DNA of 35,953 bases from Octopus bimaculoides (Eukaryota): assembly GCF_001194135.2 (NCBI RefSeq), contig NC_068999.1:374236-410188 (forward strand), in the 5' to 3' direction. The notes beneath the pieces were generated by a model that saw nothing but the letters and a program-made list of their open reading frames with translations, made no database searches and was not told the origin of the DNA. Both the position numbers and the translations under genes were made by a program. Positions 24,082 to 35,953 of this stretch are shown here, piece by piece; position 1 is the first letter of the stretch, and each line of letters starts with the position of its first letter.

Positions 24082-24579
24082 CTGTTACATTATATAGATA
24101 TAAAGTACCTGCGATATAACTGATTTAATAGACTTCAGTATTTGACTATTAAACTGACTTGTTCATCAGTCAATATGTTTTGACTTGTTATTGGGACATC
24201 CTTTTTGGCCAGGCTCTCACCATCTTATAATAGGATCGACACCTTCTGCCAAATTTCAGTCCCTGTATCTCTGTTAGGAAGCACACTTAACGCAAAAATT
24301 ACAGAAATATTCGGTCCCTTAAGGCTGACCCCCTCCCCACCAAAACAGGAACGCAACACAAGTGCATAATCTCCGCTATAAGATTTAAACACTTTCAGTC
24401 AAGAAATGTGGGGATGTAATTTAATTGTTCTGTTAAAAGACGGTTGATTTTGGTAAAGAATTAGATTTAAAAACAATTAATCCTCATCTGAAAAAATTAC
24501 ACCTGCGTTTTGTGGTTTTCTTGACGTAGCAAAACGTTAGATAATTAATTAGTCTTACGTGGTAACATCTGTCTCTCTC

Positions 24580-24766
24580 ATGGTCTGCATCATTGATATC
24601 ACCACCACCGCCTTCAGCGTCATCATTACCAACACCACTACTACTACTACCACCACCACCATCACCCTTTCCATCAGGAGCAGTATCATAATCATCGTCG
24701 TCATCACTGTCGTCACCATCATTCTCATCGCATTATTTATCAGTCAGCATAAATTACCACCCAGAA

Positions 24767-24810
<44 letters not shown>

Positions 24811-24811
24811 T

Positions 24812-24856
<45 letters not shown>

Positions 24857-24875
24857 AGATGATGATGATATTGAT
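24580..24875. repeat. CAC/CAT/ACT mosaic ending in long (ACT)n at 24768-24856
   Basis: Directly visible. Confidence 0.93.
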
Positions 24876-25420
24876 GATTTCTTTGTTAGCCACAGAAGCT
24901 TAGAATAGCGGTAATCGCAAGGACAGTAAACAACTAGTGTGTGTGGTGATGGGGGTAAACGATGAGCGGGGAAAGAAATGAGAAAGACTGAAATTCGAAA
25001 AAAGTAAACATTGTGTGCAAAGTATGTGATGACATAAGAGATGTTGTTCTCCTGATACAAATGGAGCTTCACCTAGGGGGCCAGCCAAGGGACACCACTC
25101 ATCCAGGACCATTCACACCACCCAAGGCACGATTTCTCGCCCAGCGGTTGTTCTCCAATCTCCAGGTGTGTATTTACAGTTGGACCATTCACCCAATCTA
25201 TTTTGCTCCACTCACCCATTTTGCACAAATGCACCGGGTGGTAGCATTATCCTTTCCACTCTCCACCCTGATTGCCCTTTCCAAGTGGACCTGTTTAAAA
25301 AGAAATCGATGAGGCCTTGACCGAGGAGGAAGGTGTTTTTCCTCGATCTTTTCATCCTCGTCCACCTCACAGCATAATTCTCCAAAGCCACTAGAGAGAG
25401 AAACACCACCTGCCCTGATT
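24875..25420 (-). mobile_element. 3' end of Tx1/L1-type LINE (ORF2 C-terminus plus 3' UTR)
   Basis: Minus translation GQVVFLSLVALENYAVRWTRMKRSRKNTFLLGQGLIDFF..RVERIMLPPGAFVQNG* resembles Tx1-like ORF2 ends (VF..LVA..K..VWW.R.K..); ~340-nt UTR ends in aaagaaatcatc plus (ATC)n. Clade call from memory. Confidence 0.6.
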
Positions 25421-26714
25421 TGAATGGAATGAACAAGGTAGAGGAAGAGAAGGAGGAGAAGCAGAAGAAGAGGAAGAAGAAGAAAAAGCGCAAGAACAAC
25501 AGCAGCAACAGTAACAACAACAAAAATATATTAATTGCAGTACGTCGACAAATTTGCATTCAGTCTATAGTTGGTACTTACCAAACAGAGCCACCGAACT
25601 TTGCCGAGTAGGACCAACAACTCGGCAATTTGATATTCACACACACACACACACACAGAGGATATAAATAAAAAGTGATAAATTGAAGTAGATGTATATG
25701 TTATATATTCTTTGTGTAGTTTACAGAAATAGCAAAATATGTGACGGCTTTTGTCTTCAGTCAGAATTGTTTTAAACTACCGCGAAGCATTCTAAGTTTT
25801 AGTCTAATTTTTTGTTATTTTACGTCCTAAATTTAGAGAAGTGTTTATAAGTTTTTATTTTCAAGAAATACAAAAATGTGTTAAATATCGATAATGCCAT
25901 TCGAAACCTCCTCGTCTCTGTCAGTTATAATTTAGAATTGCAGCAAATCTATTTGGACAGTGATAGTAAATAGACAAGACATACTAAGTGTGTGACGTAT
26001 CAACTGCTGCCATCTATAATGGCTGGGTCGATAAAGCCAAGAAATAACTTCATCAATGTCTAAGATATAATTACAGTAATAATGGCTTCTCTTATATTAT
26101 ATTTCGTTTTGTTTGTTTGTATTCCTCTGGAGAAACATATATTTAGTGGGAGAGGGTGTTAGTGTGGCTTACGAATGTTCTTAGAGAGAGACAGACACTC
26201 AGATTTCAACATACATATACAATCACTCACATATCCAAATACACACACACAAACATACGAACCCAAAGACAGGCGCATATATAAATAAGAATTCTCTTGA
26301 GTACGAATAGTGTTTCACGCCACTGCGATGTTCAGTTGAACTTACCGTTGTATGATGACTGCAGTGGGGAGACAAATTCCGTTTAAGGTCTTACCTCATT
26401 AACTGAACCCTCCCCTCCTCGTCAGAAGAGGCAATGTAACGGCGTTATATGTACTAATTAAACATACATGCACGCATACATACATACATACATACATGCA
26501 TCATAGCTGCTCCCCCGTTACACTAAAATAGAATGACTCACCCCAGACACGATCATATATATATATATATATATTTACACGTATTCGTATTTATACACAC
26601 AGAGACACACAGGCCCCCACATGTTACTTTTCCGATAAGGTAAGAGCAAGTAAAAAATTACTTCATCTGTTGAGAGATAAATATCGTTTAATGTACACAG
26701 TACATACTTAGGAG

Positions 26715-26910
26715 TTACTAATTGTTTCATAGTTGAATATAGTATCTTGACAGCTTTTAAAACATGCCTAGTGTACCCAAGTAATCCTTAGGCCTTGGGC
26801 TCATAGCCTACACATGTTAAAATCAGAATAATAGAACAAGAAAAATCACGAGAAAAAACGAGCTGAAGGTGTGTTCAAAAACTGAAATGGTGAAAGAAGA
26901 AATCAGAAAA
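26715..26910 (+). repeat. Diverged dispersed repeat, copy 2 (homologous to 505-680)
   Basis: See copy 1. Confidence 0.65.
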
Positions 26911-27474
26911 AGAAAGCAAGAATGAAATAAAGAAGAAATAGAGTTATGTCGCATAGAGTTGTAACGATGCAGTGTGTAGAATTAACGGCACCGATCTAAA
27001 GCATGCAATAGAGCTGTTCAATACGGAGAAGGCATTTCTCGCATTTTCTGAATATTTCAGATCTGGAATTCAGCAGTGCAGTGAAATTTTTAGTATCACA
27101 GTGTAAAACTGTATACAATATATATATATATATATATACTCACAAACGCACTCACACGCGCACACACACATTTGTGTATGAATACATATGTATGTTTGTG
27201 TGAAACTGATAATAAATAAACGTTGAATTTCATGGAACACACTTAAATTTTGCTGAATGAATTGTACGATATTTTAGGTATGTGAATCAGGCTTATGACT
27301 GATTGTGCAGGAATTATTGAATATAGCACTAATATTTATTTCATATATGTTCCGTTAAACTAAAAAAAGATATTTTTTTTATCGTCTGCGAAGTACTTGA
27401 ATCTTAATTTCTGTAGAATTTGCAGCAATAATGTATTAATTATATCTTTAAAGTATCCATCATTACATATAAAT

Positions 27475-27551
27475 ATATATATATATATATACGTTCTGCT
27501 TAATATATATACGTGTGTGTATGTGAGTGGTGTGTGTGTGTGCGTGTGCGT

Positions 27552-27597
<46 letters not shown>

Positions 27598-27860
27598 TTG
27601 TAAGTGTGTGTGTGTGAATGTGTGTGTAGAAGGATATTTTGAAAATTGGTTTATGTAAATATTATTCGCTATGTGTTTGTCTCATTCTGAAATTACATAC
27701 ATATTATACATGCGTGCATACACCCGCCAACGCATATATATGTATACTTCTGTGTGTATATATGCTTACATGTATAACTATGTATATATTAATATATGTG
27801 TGTATATGTATGTATATGTATTTGCTTATATACATACATACATACATACATACATACATC
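27475..27860. repeat. TA/TG/(TGCG)/(TACA) mosaic
   Basis: Directly visible. Confidence 0.9.
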
Positions 27861-28147
27861 AATGAGTGCTTAAAATTTGCATGTATTTGTAATTGAGATA
27901 ATTATCCACAACTCACCTTGCCGTACACCAATTTTTTAAGTTGCGAGTTATTTCCAATTACACAAAACTGGTAAATTCTTCATATTCCGTCCACACTAAT
28001 TGCTACTTACTTCACACTATTGGCAGCTGTACCTCACTTCCTCATTTAAATTCTAGTCCAATATTATATTGATGTTTTGCTTAATATTATACTTGCTGAA
28101 ATTATGAAATTATGCTTAAGCACTCATCATAATTACATTTATGAGAC

Positions 28148-28169
28148 TATATATATATATATATAGATA

Positions 28170-28241
<72 letters not shown>

Positions 28242-28242
28242 T
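28148..28242. repeat. (TA)n(CA)n(TA)n microsatellite
   Basis: Directly visible. Confidence 0.95.
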
Positions 28243-28555
28243 ATATTCGGATGCATAAATATATACGTATCTCTATATATATCAACACATATGTACATTA
28301 TATATATATAAATACACACACACACGCACTCATGGATACATGAGTATATACGTATGTGTATATTCATATAAATACATATGTATAATCTATACATATTTAT
28401 GTGTGTGTGCCTGTGTGAGTATGTGCAAGCATAATCTTTCATTATTTCCTGTCCGCAGAAAGTTTCAAAATTTACTCAAATACCGAGATTTTCGTTCATT
28501 GACCAAAAGGTTCAAAATTTGTATGTATACATACATGTGTGTATATATATATTAA

Positions 28556-28740
28556 TTATTTTAGTCATTTGACTGCAACGATGCTGGAGCACCGCCTTTA
28601 GGCGAACGAATCGACCCCAGGACTTTGTAAGCCTAGTCCTATCCTATCGGCCTCTTTTTCCGAACTGCTAAGTTGCGGGGATGTAAATACATTAACATCG
28701 GTTGTGAAGCGATGGTGGGGTTGGGGACAAACACCGCCCC

Positions 28741-28784
<44 letters not shown>

Positions 28785-28794
28785 NNNNNNNNNN

Positions 28795-28833
<39 letters not shown>

Positions 28834-29000
28834 TATATTTACGAGAGACGTCTTTCGGTTTTCGGCTACCAAATCCACTTATAAAGCTTTGGTCGACCCG
28901 ACGCTACAGTAGAAGACACTTGCTCAAGGTGTAACGCAGTGGGATTGAACCAGGAACCATGTGTTTGGGAAGCAAGCTTCTTATCTCTCAATCACTCCTA
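28556..29000 (-). mobile_element. Near full-length SINE family C with internal (TA)n microsatellite (28743-28840)
   Basis: Minus strand: head agcttgcttcccaaacacatggttcctggttcaatccc (B-box-like), ccttgagcaagtgtcttctactgtag, TA tract, then 3' half to aaaggcggtgctccagcatcgttgcagtcaaatgactaaaa. Confidence 0.88.
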
Positions 29001-29064
29001 CATTTTTTGTATTAAATGTATTGAATATACTATTTTATCGACTTGCCTAATTTGCTTGTCTTGT

Positions 29065-29194
29065 ATATGTATATATGTGTGAATATATACATACATATAC
29101 ATATGTACATACATGCATTCATATATATATACATACATTCATATATACATTACATGCATAGATATATATATACATATATACGTATATATACATG

Positions 29195-29236
<42 letters not shown>

Positions 29237-29239
29237 TAC

Positions 29240-29281
<42 letters not shown>

Positions 29282-29360
29282 ATATATATATATATATATA
29301 CACATACATATGTATTTATTTACACACATATATGCTTTTATGCTCGTGCATATATATGTA
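29065..29360. repeat. TA/CA/TACA mosaic microsatellite
   Basis: Directly visible. Confidence 0.92.
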
Positions 29361-29835
29361 TGTATAAAACTATTACGAAAATGCGTAAGCACACACACCT
29401 AATTAGGCGATCCAAAATTCTGATAGCATATTTAAATGCAAACTAAACCCGAGTTCAGTGGGTGATATCCTCATTATGGCGGCGGACCAATTTACGGAAT
29501 CATTTGAAACGGTGAAACATCTTGCTTTTGGCAGAACCTGGAAATTATCCTAGTAAACTTACACCTTAAATGGAGAGCCGGTGCCACAACGCACAACCAC
29601 AGCACATAGTTGTGCATATGCAAATAGATACACAAACGTTGGGGCATTCAATCATATATTGCGCATATGTACACGCAAATATACATTTAATAACTCTATT
29701 TCCTCACTATTGTACCATAATGCTTAGAAAGAATTATATGAAATATATATTTTCGTAGGTATATGCACACATATATAAAAGTATATATGAATGTGTGCAT
29801 GTATATATTATGTATGTGTGTGTATATATACATAC

Positions 29836-29839
<4 letters not shown>

Positions 29840-29878
<39 letters not shown>

Positions 29879-29940
29879 NNNNNNNNNNACACACTTTCCC
29901 ATACATATTTATGCTATGCAAGCATCTATCTAGTTATCCT

Positions 29941-29988
<48 letters not shown>

Positions 29989-29990
29989 AC
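29840..29990. repeat. (TA)n-gap and (TATC)n
   Basis: Directly visible. Confidence 0.92.
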
Positions 29991-30026
29991 TGTTTGTCTA
30001 TCTATCTTTTTATCTGTATATCTATA

Positions 30027-30592
30027 CAGGGATCTTTTTTAAAACGGAGGACACATTTTTCATTAATGTTTTACGTAGTGTTTTTGGTACCGAAAGACTT
30101 TCAAACTTCGTATACTTATCTATTTTGTGTTATAGAACAGAAAAATATTTTTGTATTCGAATTTATTTCATGTAAAAAATTGTCTTATTTTGATAATTTC
30201 AACCAATCACTGACAAGTATTCAGTTGTTTACATTTACTCCTTTGGCTGATTAAGCGGTGTAAAGCTTATTCAATTTCCATAGCTTCGTTTTGCTTTTTT
30301 CTTTTTAAATTTGCTGTTTTACCCTAACCCTAACCCTATCACCGATAGAATTGTTTCAGAATCGTTTGTTTATGTAGTCGGCACTTAATGTATATCGGCT
30401 GAATGGACGTCAGTGATTGGTTGAAATTACAGAAATACGACAACTTTTACATGGAATAACTTAGGGATTTCTTTTTTTTTTTAAGAAGACTAAGAGAAAA
30501 AGATGTTTTATATGACACATTCTACCAGTGTTCCAAGTTTCAAAGTGTTTCGTTAATGAAAAATGTGGCCCCCGTTTTAAAAAAGATCCCTA
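30027..30592. mobile_element. 566-bp MITE, Tc1/mariner-type (TA flanks, 42-bp TIRs)
   Basis: TA|cagggatcttttttaaaacggaggacacatttttcattaatg vs reverse complement of 30551-30592 tagggatcttttttaaaacgggggccacatttttcattaacg = 38/42 identity, followed by TA; no coding capacity. Confidence 0.9.
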
Positions 30593-31122
30593 TACAGAAA
30601 TTTCAATTCCAGATTTGGAGGCTAAAGACCAATTTATGTGAAGTATACACACCTATAGTTTCAGTAAACATATTATTTTTCCATTTGCTATGAAAATTTA
30701 ACTCCATCGTTTGAACTCCGTTTCTTCTTTCCCAGGGCAAAAAGAGAGCTTCTATTTTAATTAAACACTTGTGTCTTTATGCTTTCATAAAATTTCATTA
30801 GCCATGTTATACGTATTTTGTGTCCAATGACAGCATTATAAAGTATAGCTGCTTATAGAAAACGCAAACAAAGACTTGACTAAACTGGCCTCCCTAATTT
30901 GTATGACATTGAATGTAGTGACAAGGAGAATTAATTGAAATACTGCGAGTTGGTTCATTAGAAGTATTACAGCATAATGGCTGCTTACACGATGGTGGAA
31001 TTCAAATATTTGGCACGGACTTGGCTTACTTTTGATGTGGGAATCAGCCATGGTCGTTGGACCAGAAAATCTTCCTCTCTGTTGCAGAGTAAGACACATT
31101 CATGGGTACTTTCAAGTCAACC

Positions 31123-31233
<111 letters not shown>

Positions 31234-31559
31234 TCAGAGTGACAGGGACTGAGAGACTTGGGTCTCAGTAATGCATCATCTAATATGTACGTTACAAATG
31301 TAGCAGTAAAGTGCAGACATCTGGCAGGATGGATACGAAGTTCCATGAAGACAAGATGCCAAGTAATCATGTTGTCCCTGTGGATAACTTTTGTTCTAAA
31401 CCGCCTACACTATGCTCTCACCTGTGGTCACAACATAGCTCTAAACTGACAGCAAAGTCTTGTCACAGTGTCACAAATGTTGAAGGATTAATGTAGATCA
31501 TCATATCAGCCGAGGTCTTGGCTGGTGCACGAAACTTGTTCAGCGGACGGGAACAAAGA

Positions 31560-31612
31560 TATTCAAAGATGACTTTGGTTGAATTTGAACTCACAAGAAA
31601 GTAAAGAGTCAA
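31560..31612 (-). mobile_element. Small SINE family D B-box fragment
   Basis: gactttggttgaatttgaactcacaa resembles reverse-complemented gagttcaaattc.gccgaggtc. Confidence 0.35.
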
Positions 31613-32552
31613 ACTGTAGGAAAGTTTGTCCGAGGCTACACAGACTGTATTATTAAACTATTCTTATAAAAGGCAATGTCATTTAAGCACTGAGGCCCAG
31701 ATAATGCTTCTATAAAAACATTCTAATGGTATTATAATAAAAGGCTAATAAGAAGACTACACCCGGACCCTCGCCAATCGCAGCCGTGCGCTAACATTAG
31801 AAATCAATAATATACTGTTATCTAAGTTACAGAAGGTTATGGAGGTCAATGTCTGAATTAGATATAGAAACAGTCAAAGGTTCTAAATGGATATTAAACT
31901 CGGAGGTGATTTCATGGTTTTCTAAACGATATTAGAAAAGTATTCGTCAGCCAATTTCTTTCAAAGAAACAACAGCCTTGGAGACTAGTAATGGATCTGT
32001 GTCGGGAAATAATATATGGAAACAGTTCATGCTGTAGTGTCAGTTAATAAAGTAAAAAGTAGTTTCCTAGTAAACTCGTAATTGAGTGTATTACTGTCAA
32101 TCAGTAAGTGTAAACAGTTTATAATGTAGAACATATTAATGAAATAAAAGAGTAGAATATGAAGAAAGTATAGGAGAATGTCTGCCACGCAATTAGGTAA
32201 AGTATAAACATAGAACAAAGTGGATAAGTCAAATCAGGTAACTGCTGATGTACTGAATGTCTTTCTCAAAAAACCTCAATGATTCACAATTTGATTTTCG
32301 CTTGAGAAGAAAATATAAACTTCGTTTGCCACTGTTATTTACGTTCAATGAATGAAAGAGGTGTACATTTGAAGAACATTTTTTGGACGGAATTATTTAT
32401 TTTCCCTGTAACTGTTATTCCTATAAGGCTTCTACAAGAATCCTTCATCGTAGAATAGAATAATTTGGTTTTCTGTTTGTAAAAGACTTGCCAATGATAA
32501 AGAGTTCCAGCCAGAAGTACCAAACTTTACCTCTTTCTTATAGAGAAAGAGG

Positions 32553-32574
32553 TTAGGGTTAGGGTTAGGGTTAG
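32553..32574 (+). repeat. Interstitial telomere-like tract (TTAGGG)3TTAG
   Basis: Directly counted. Confidence 0.95.
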
Positions 32575-32718
32575 ACTTTCTGTCTACTAAAGTACTTCAT
32601 AGGGCATTGGTTGGGTCGCCGCTATAGTAGAACCCATTTCTCAAAATGGCACGCAGTAGGACTGAAACAGAAGCCATGTGGTTGCAAACCGTGCTTCCTA
32701 ACTACATAGCCATGCTTC
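32575..32718 (-). mobile_element. 5' half of SINE family C (diverged)
   Basis: gctatagtagaacccatttctcaaaatggcacgcagtaggactgaaacagaagccatgtggttg parallels 28903-28968. Confidence 0.75.
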
Positions 32719-33817
32719 CTCAGTAAATTTAAAAGTAGTAATTACAAAAATTCTTGGAGACTTGACAACATTACGTCTTCGTGTAACAACTGAGGATTTG
32801 ATTTCTTCATTTATTCGCAGCTGAAACAAAGGTCAACGGTACTTTTACGTTTCTTTAGACTAATGATGTGCACAAATCGGGAACTCCAGATTTTTTATCA
32901 TCGCAGCTAATGAACTTATCAACGAATCATGAATACTATCTAATGTATCATAATTTCATTTAACTAGATACAAATCCCCTAGCATTTTTCGCGACAAAAC
33001 GGAAGAATTGGATATTTCGAAGAACGTTCGTTTATTTCCACGCGCATTTACAAGAATAACTCATGTTTGATGTTTCATAATTGCACACCGAAACGCATCC
33101 TTCATTTAAGTATCTGACCCTTTCGTTTTGTAATAACTGATACAGCACTGACTTCTCGGAATATTTCATTCCAAAGTCCATTAGGATTAGAGTTTTTTCT
33201 GAGTCAGGGGTGGTCACTTTCGTTAACAAATTCTAAATAATAACCATAACCAAATTTAATGAAACAATTATATGAAACACTGATACGTGTGCATTAGTTT
33301 AAATTAGTGCAGATTAGAAGATCTTCAAGACCGCAGAGTCGATATTATATCTTCATGTATTTATTTCATTTCTTTCCTCCTGAGATTACAGTAAATAAAG
33401 AAAAGGATGCTTTAGAGGATGGGGATAAGATGTGAAATATATGCGTTTCACGAGAATGTTTACCGCGCATTTGAAGCGAAATGTATTTCATCCGCGATTT
33501 GAAAGAGTCCGTCTATGAGTTTCCTTACAGATCTCCTCCTGCAGCAGTATACACCACCATCTTAACCTAAACGATATTATTCAATGCAATAATCACATTA
33601 TAATATATTATTTCTGACAGTTGGCCAAATTCCCTATCGGATATTCACCGCACTCGCCCGATAATGTCTGTCTCTACTAAATATTATTTATACATCTGCT
33701 CACGTATCGATCACATAGATATTATATCGATTATGTGTTTTGGCGGACTTTCGAATTGAGTAACGAATGAACGAACGTCAACATTTGCGTAATACAAATG
33801 GGTTGGTCGTGGAGGGG

Positions 33818-33884
33818 GAAGAAGAAGAAGAAGAAGAAGAAGAAGAAGAAGAAGAAGAAGAAGAAGGAGAAGAAGAAGAAGAGC

Positions 33885-33922
<38 letters not shown>

Positions 33923-33932
33923 GAGAGAGATA
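33818..33932. repeat. (GAA)n followed by (GA)n
   Basis: Directly visible. Confidence 0.96.
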
Positions 33933-33944
33933 GAACGGCGAGCG

Positions 33945-34465
33945 ATGATTGATAGGTGAGTAGTAATGGTGGCTGTGGAATGGTAGATATGGCGTTGATG
34001 TGTGTAGGAAAAGGTGGACAGGAGGTGAGAGGGGTGGGCATGATGACCACAGGAAATATAGAACTCGAGACCTAGGGATGGAGTGGCGGGGATATTGGTG
34101 ATGACAATGACAAAAATAAAGAAGTTGATTGTGGTGTTGATGATGATCGTACCTTTGGTAGTGATGTTGGTGATGATGTTGTTGGTATTATTGTTGTTGT
34201 TGGTATTATTGTTGTTGTTGTTCGAGATGTTGGTAGTGGTAGTAGTTGTGGTTGTGACGGCAGTGTTGATGGTACTGGTGATGTGGCTGCTGAGGATATT
34301 GGTGACAATGTCTGCAATAATGTCGGAAATAGTGATGTTGATGATGATGATGTGATAATAACTGTCAAGTGAATGAAAAGACGTTTTTGTTGGTTGATTG
34401 ATGATGATGATGATGATGATGATGATGACAGCGATAAGAAAAATGACAACGACGATGACGGATGG
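33945..34465. repeat. GAT/GGT/GTT-rich cryptic trinucleotide tract
   Basis: Directly visible; explains several overlapping low-complexity ORFs. Confidence 0.85.
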
Positions 34466-34489
34466 CATTATATTATTGATATACATGAT

Positions 34490-34620
34490 TAAGGCAGCGA
34501 ATATGTTAACAGGCCGAGGTCGACTTTGCTTTTCATAATATCGAAATCGATGAAAGAAGTACCAGTCAAACACTGGGGTTGATGTTATGTACGTCCCATG
34601 CTCCTCAAAAATATTCCCTG
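34490..34620 (+). mobile_element. SINE family D, internally deleted
   Basis: gccgaggtcgactttgcttttcat..aagtaccagtcaaacactggggttgat. Confidence 0.75.
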
Positions 34621-34828
34621 AATATTATGTTTAAACATTGCGAAATTGAATAATAAAAAGGAGATTTGTCTCGGACATTATTATTAGTGGGAACGGACAA
34701 TAATTAGAGACTATAATATGTTTATATTGGTGTTTGTATGTATGCAGTTCTTAATACATACACACATGGACTCAAACACATATAATCACACATATATACG
34801 CGCATATATAGTACGAATATATATACAC

Positions 34829-34879
<51 letters not shown>

Positions 34880-34883
<4 letters not shown>

Positions 34884-35080
34884 CTTGTGTCTGTCCCCCC
34901 AACATTGCTTGATAACCGATGCTGGTGTGTTTACGTCCGTCACTTAGCGGGTCGGCAAGAGAGACCGATAGAATAAGTACTAAGCTTACAGAGAATAAGA
35001 CCTGAGGTCGATTTGCTCGACTAAAGGCGGCGCTCAAGCGTGGCTGCAGTCAAATGACTGAAACAAATAAAAGAATAAAC
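34880..35080 (+). mobile_element. 3' half of SINE family C, preceded by TA/TG microsatellite
   Basis: gtccccccaacattgcttgataaccgatgctggtgtgtttacgtcc..cgactaaaggcggcgctcaagcgtggctgcagtcaaatgactgaaac is the reverse complement of 28560-28735. Confidence 0.88.
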
Positions 35081-35087
35081 GAATATT

Positions 35088-35129
<42 letters not shown>

Positions 35130-35902
35130 GTATATATAATGGAATATCTGTCTCTCTCTCACTATCTCTTTATTTGTCTGTCTCCCCTTTCTCTCTGTGT
35201 ATTACTCCATCTACCTTTATCTGTCTATCCATCTATATATCTATCTATCTTTATATCTATTTATATATATTATATAAGTGTATGTTTTTTATTGTCGGTG
35301 CGTCGTGGTATGTGTGCGTGTCTTCATACACCGAACAAACATAATCTAAACGAGCAATCTGTCCTCATAAATCATTATTTAAGGCCATTAAATAACAGCA
35401 AAAAATAGCCACAAAACAATGAAAAAAAAGACAAGAAAAGAGAGACGCAAATATACACTATAACAAAAAAAAAAAAAGAAAACATAGCAGTGAAACAATA
35501 ATAATTGATTTCCAGAATACGGTCTGTTGGTTTGACATTAAAACATCTAAAGAGAAATGGTGGTTATCAATTGCTCTTCACTCTCAAATTCCTTAATGGT
35601 CTAATTACAACGCACGGTAAGAGAACGCCAAAAAAAATACACCCAATCAAGCAAGTAACCTAGTACAGAACCTCAAGTCAATATCTTGCTCAAGTTAATG
35701 TCTACAGAGGAAGGCGAACGGCTTTTGTCTCTTGGGTTAGTTACACACCATTAGAGACAATTGTTACGGAACTAACCTTCTGCCTCTTACTGCCATTTTG
35801 GATGTTTTTTTTAAATATTTTAATTTTGGTGTTGTTGTTTAATTCTATTCTTCATTATTTTATTTTTCCTTCATTTTTCTTTGTTATAATTATGTACAAG
35901 CA

Positions 35903-35904
<2 letters not shown>

Positions 35905-35953
<49 letters not shown>
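35905..35953. repeat. (TA)n microsatellite
   Basis: Directly visible. Confidence 0.98.

Noticed and set aside
33731-34573. 280-aa minus-strand ORF, the longest in the window
   Set aside because: Made of I/T/N/S/F homopolymer runs translated from trinucleotide and GA/GAA repeats; no domain signal.

Overview
Eukaryotic, AT-rich, repeat-saturated non-coding DNA with six N-gaps, each next to a microsatellite. The SINE families and microsatellite load suggest an octopus/coleoid cephalopod intron or intergenic region (inference from recognised repeats). I find no intact protein-coding gene, tRNA, rRNA or CRISPR array, and most listed ORFs are microsatellite translations. The window is a transposon graveyard. 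It holds many copies of at least four tRNA-derived SINE families and decayed LINE fragments of CR1, RTE, R4/Dong and Tx1/L1 type. It also holds three different Tc1/mariner remnants (including an internally deleted DD37D/maT element retaining both TIRs) and a 566-bp TA-flanked MITE. The most notable observations are three telomere-like (TTAGGG)n tracts that each sit in or against a mobile element (one apparently grown out of a SINE head motif), a nested-palindrome MITE, a 118-bp perfect microsatellite palindrome, and a ~2.9-kb microsatellite-free island that may be a UTR/exon or an ancient LINE relic. I cannot support a claim of a wholly new biological system; these are the leads worth testing.
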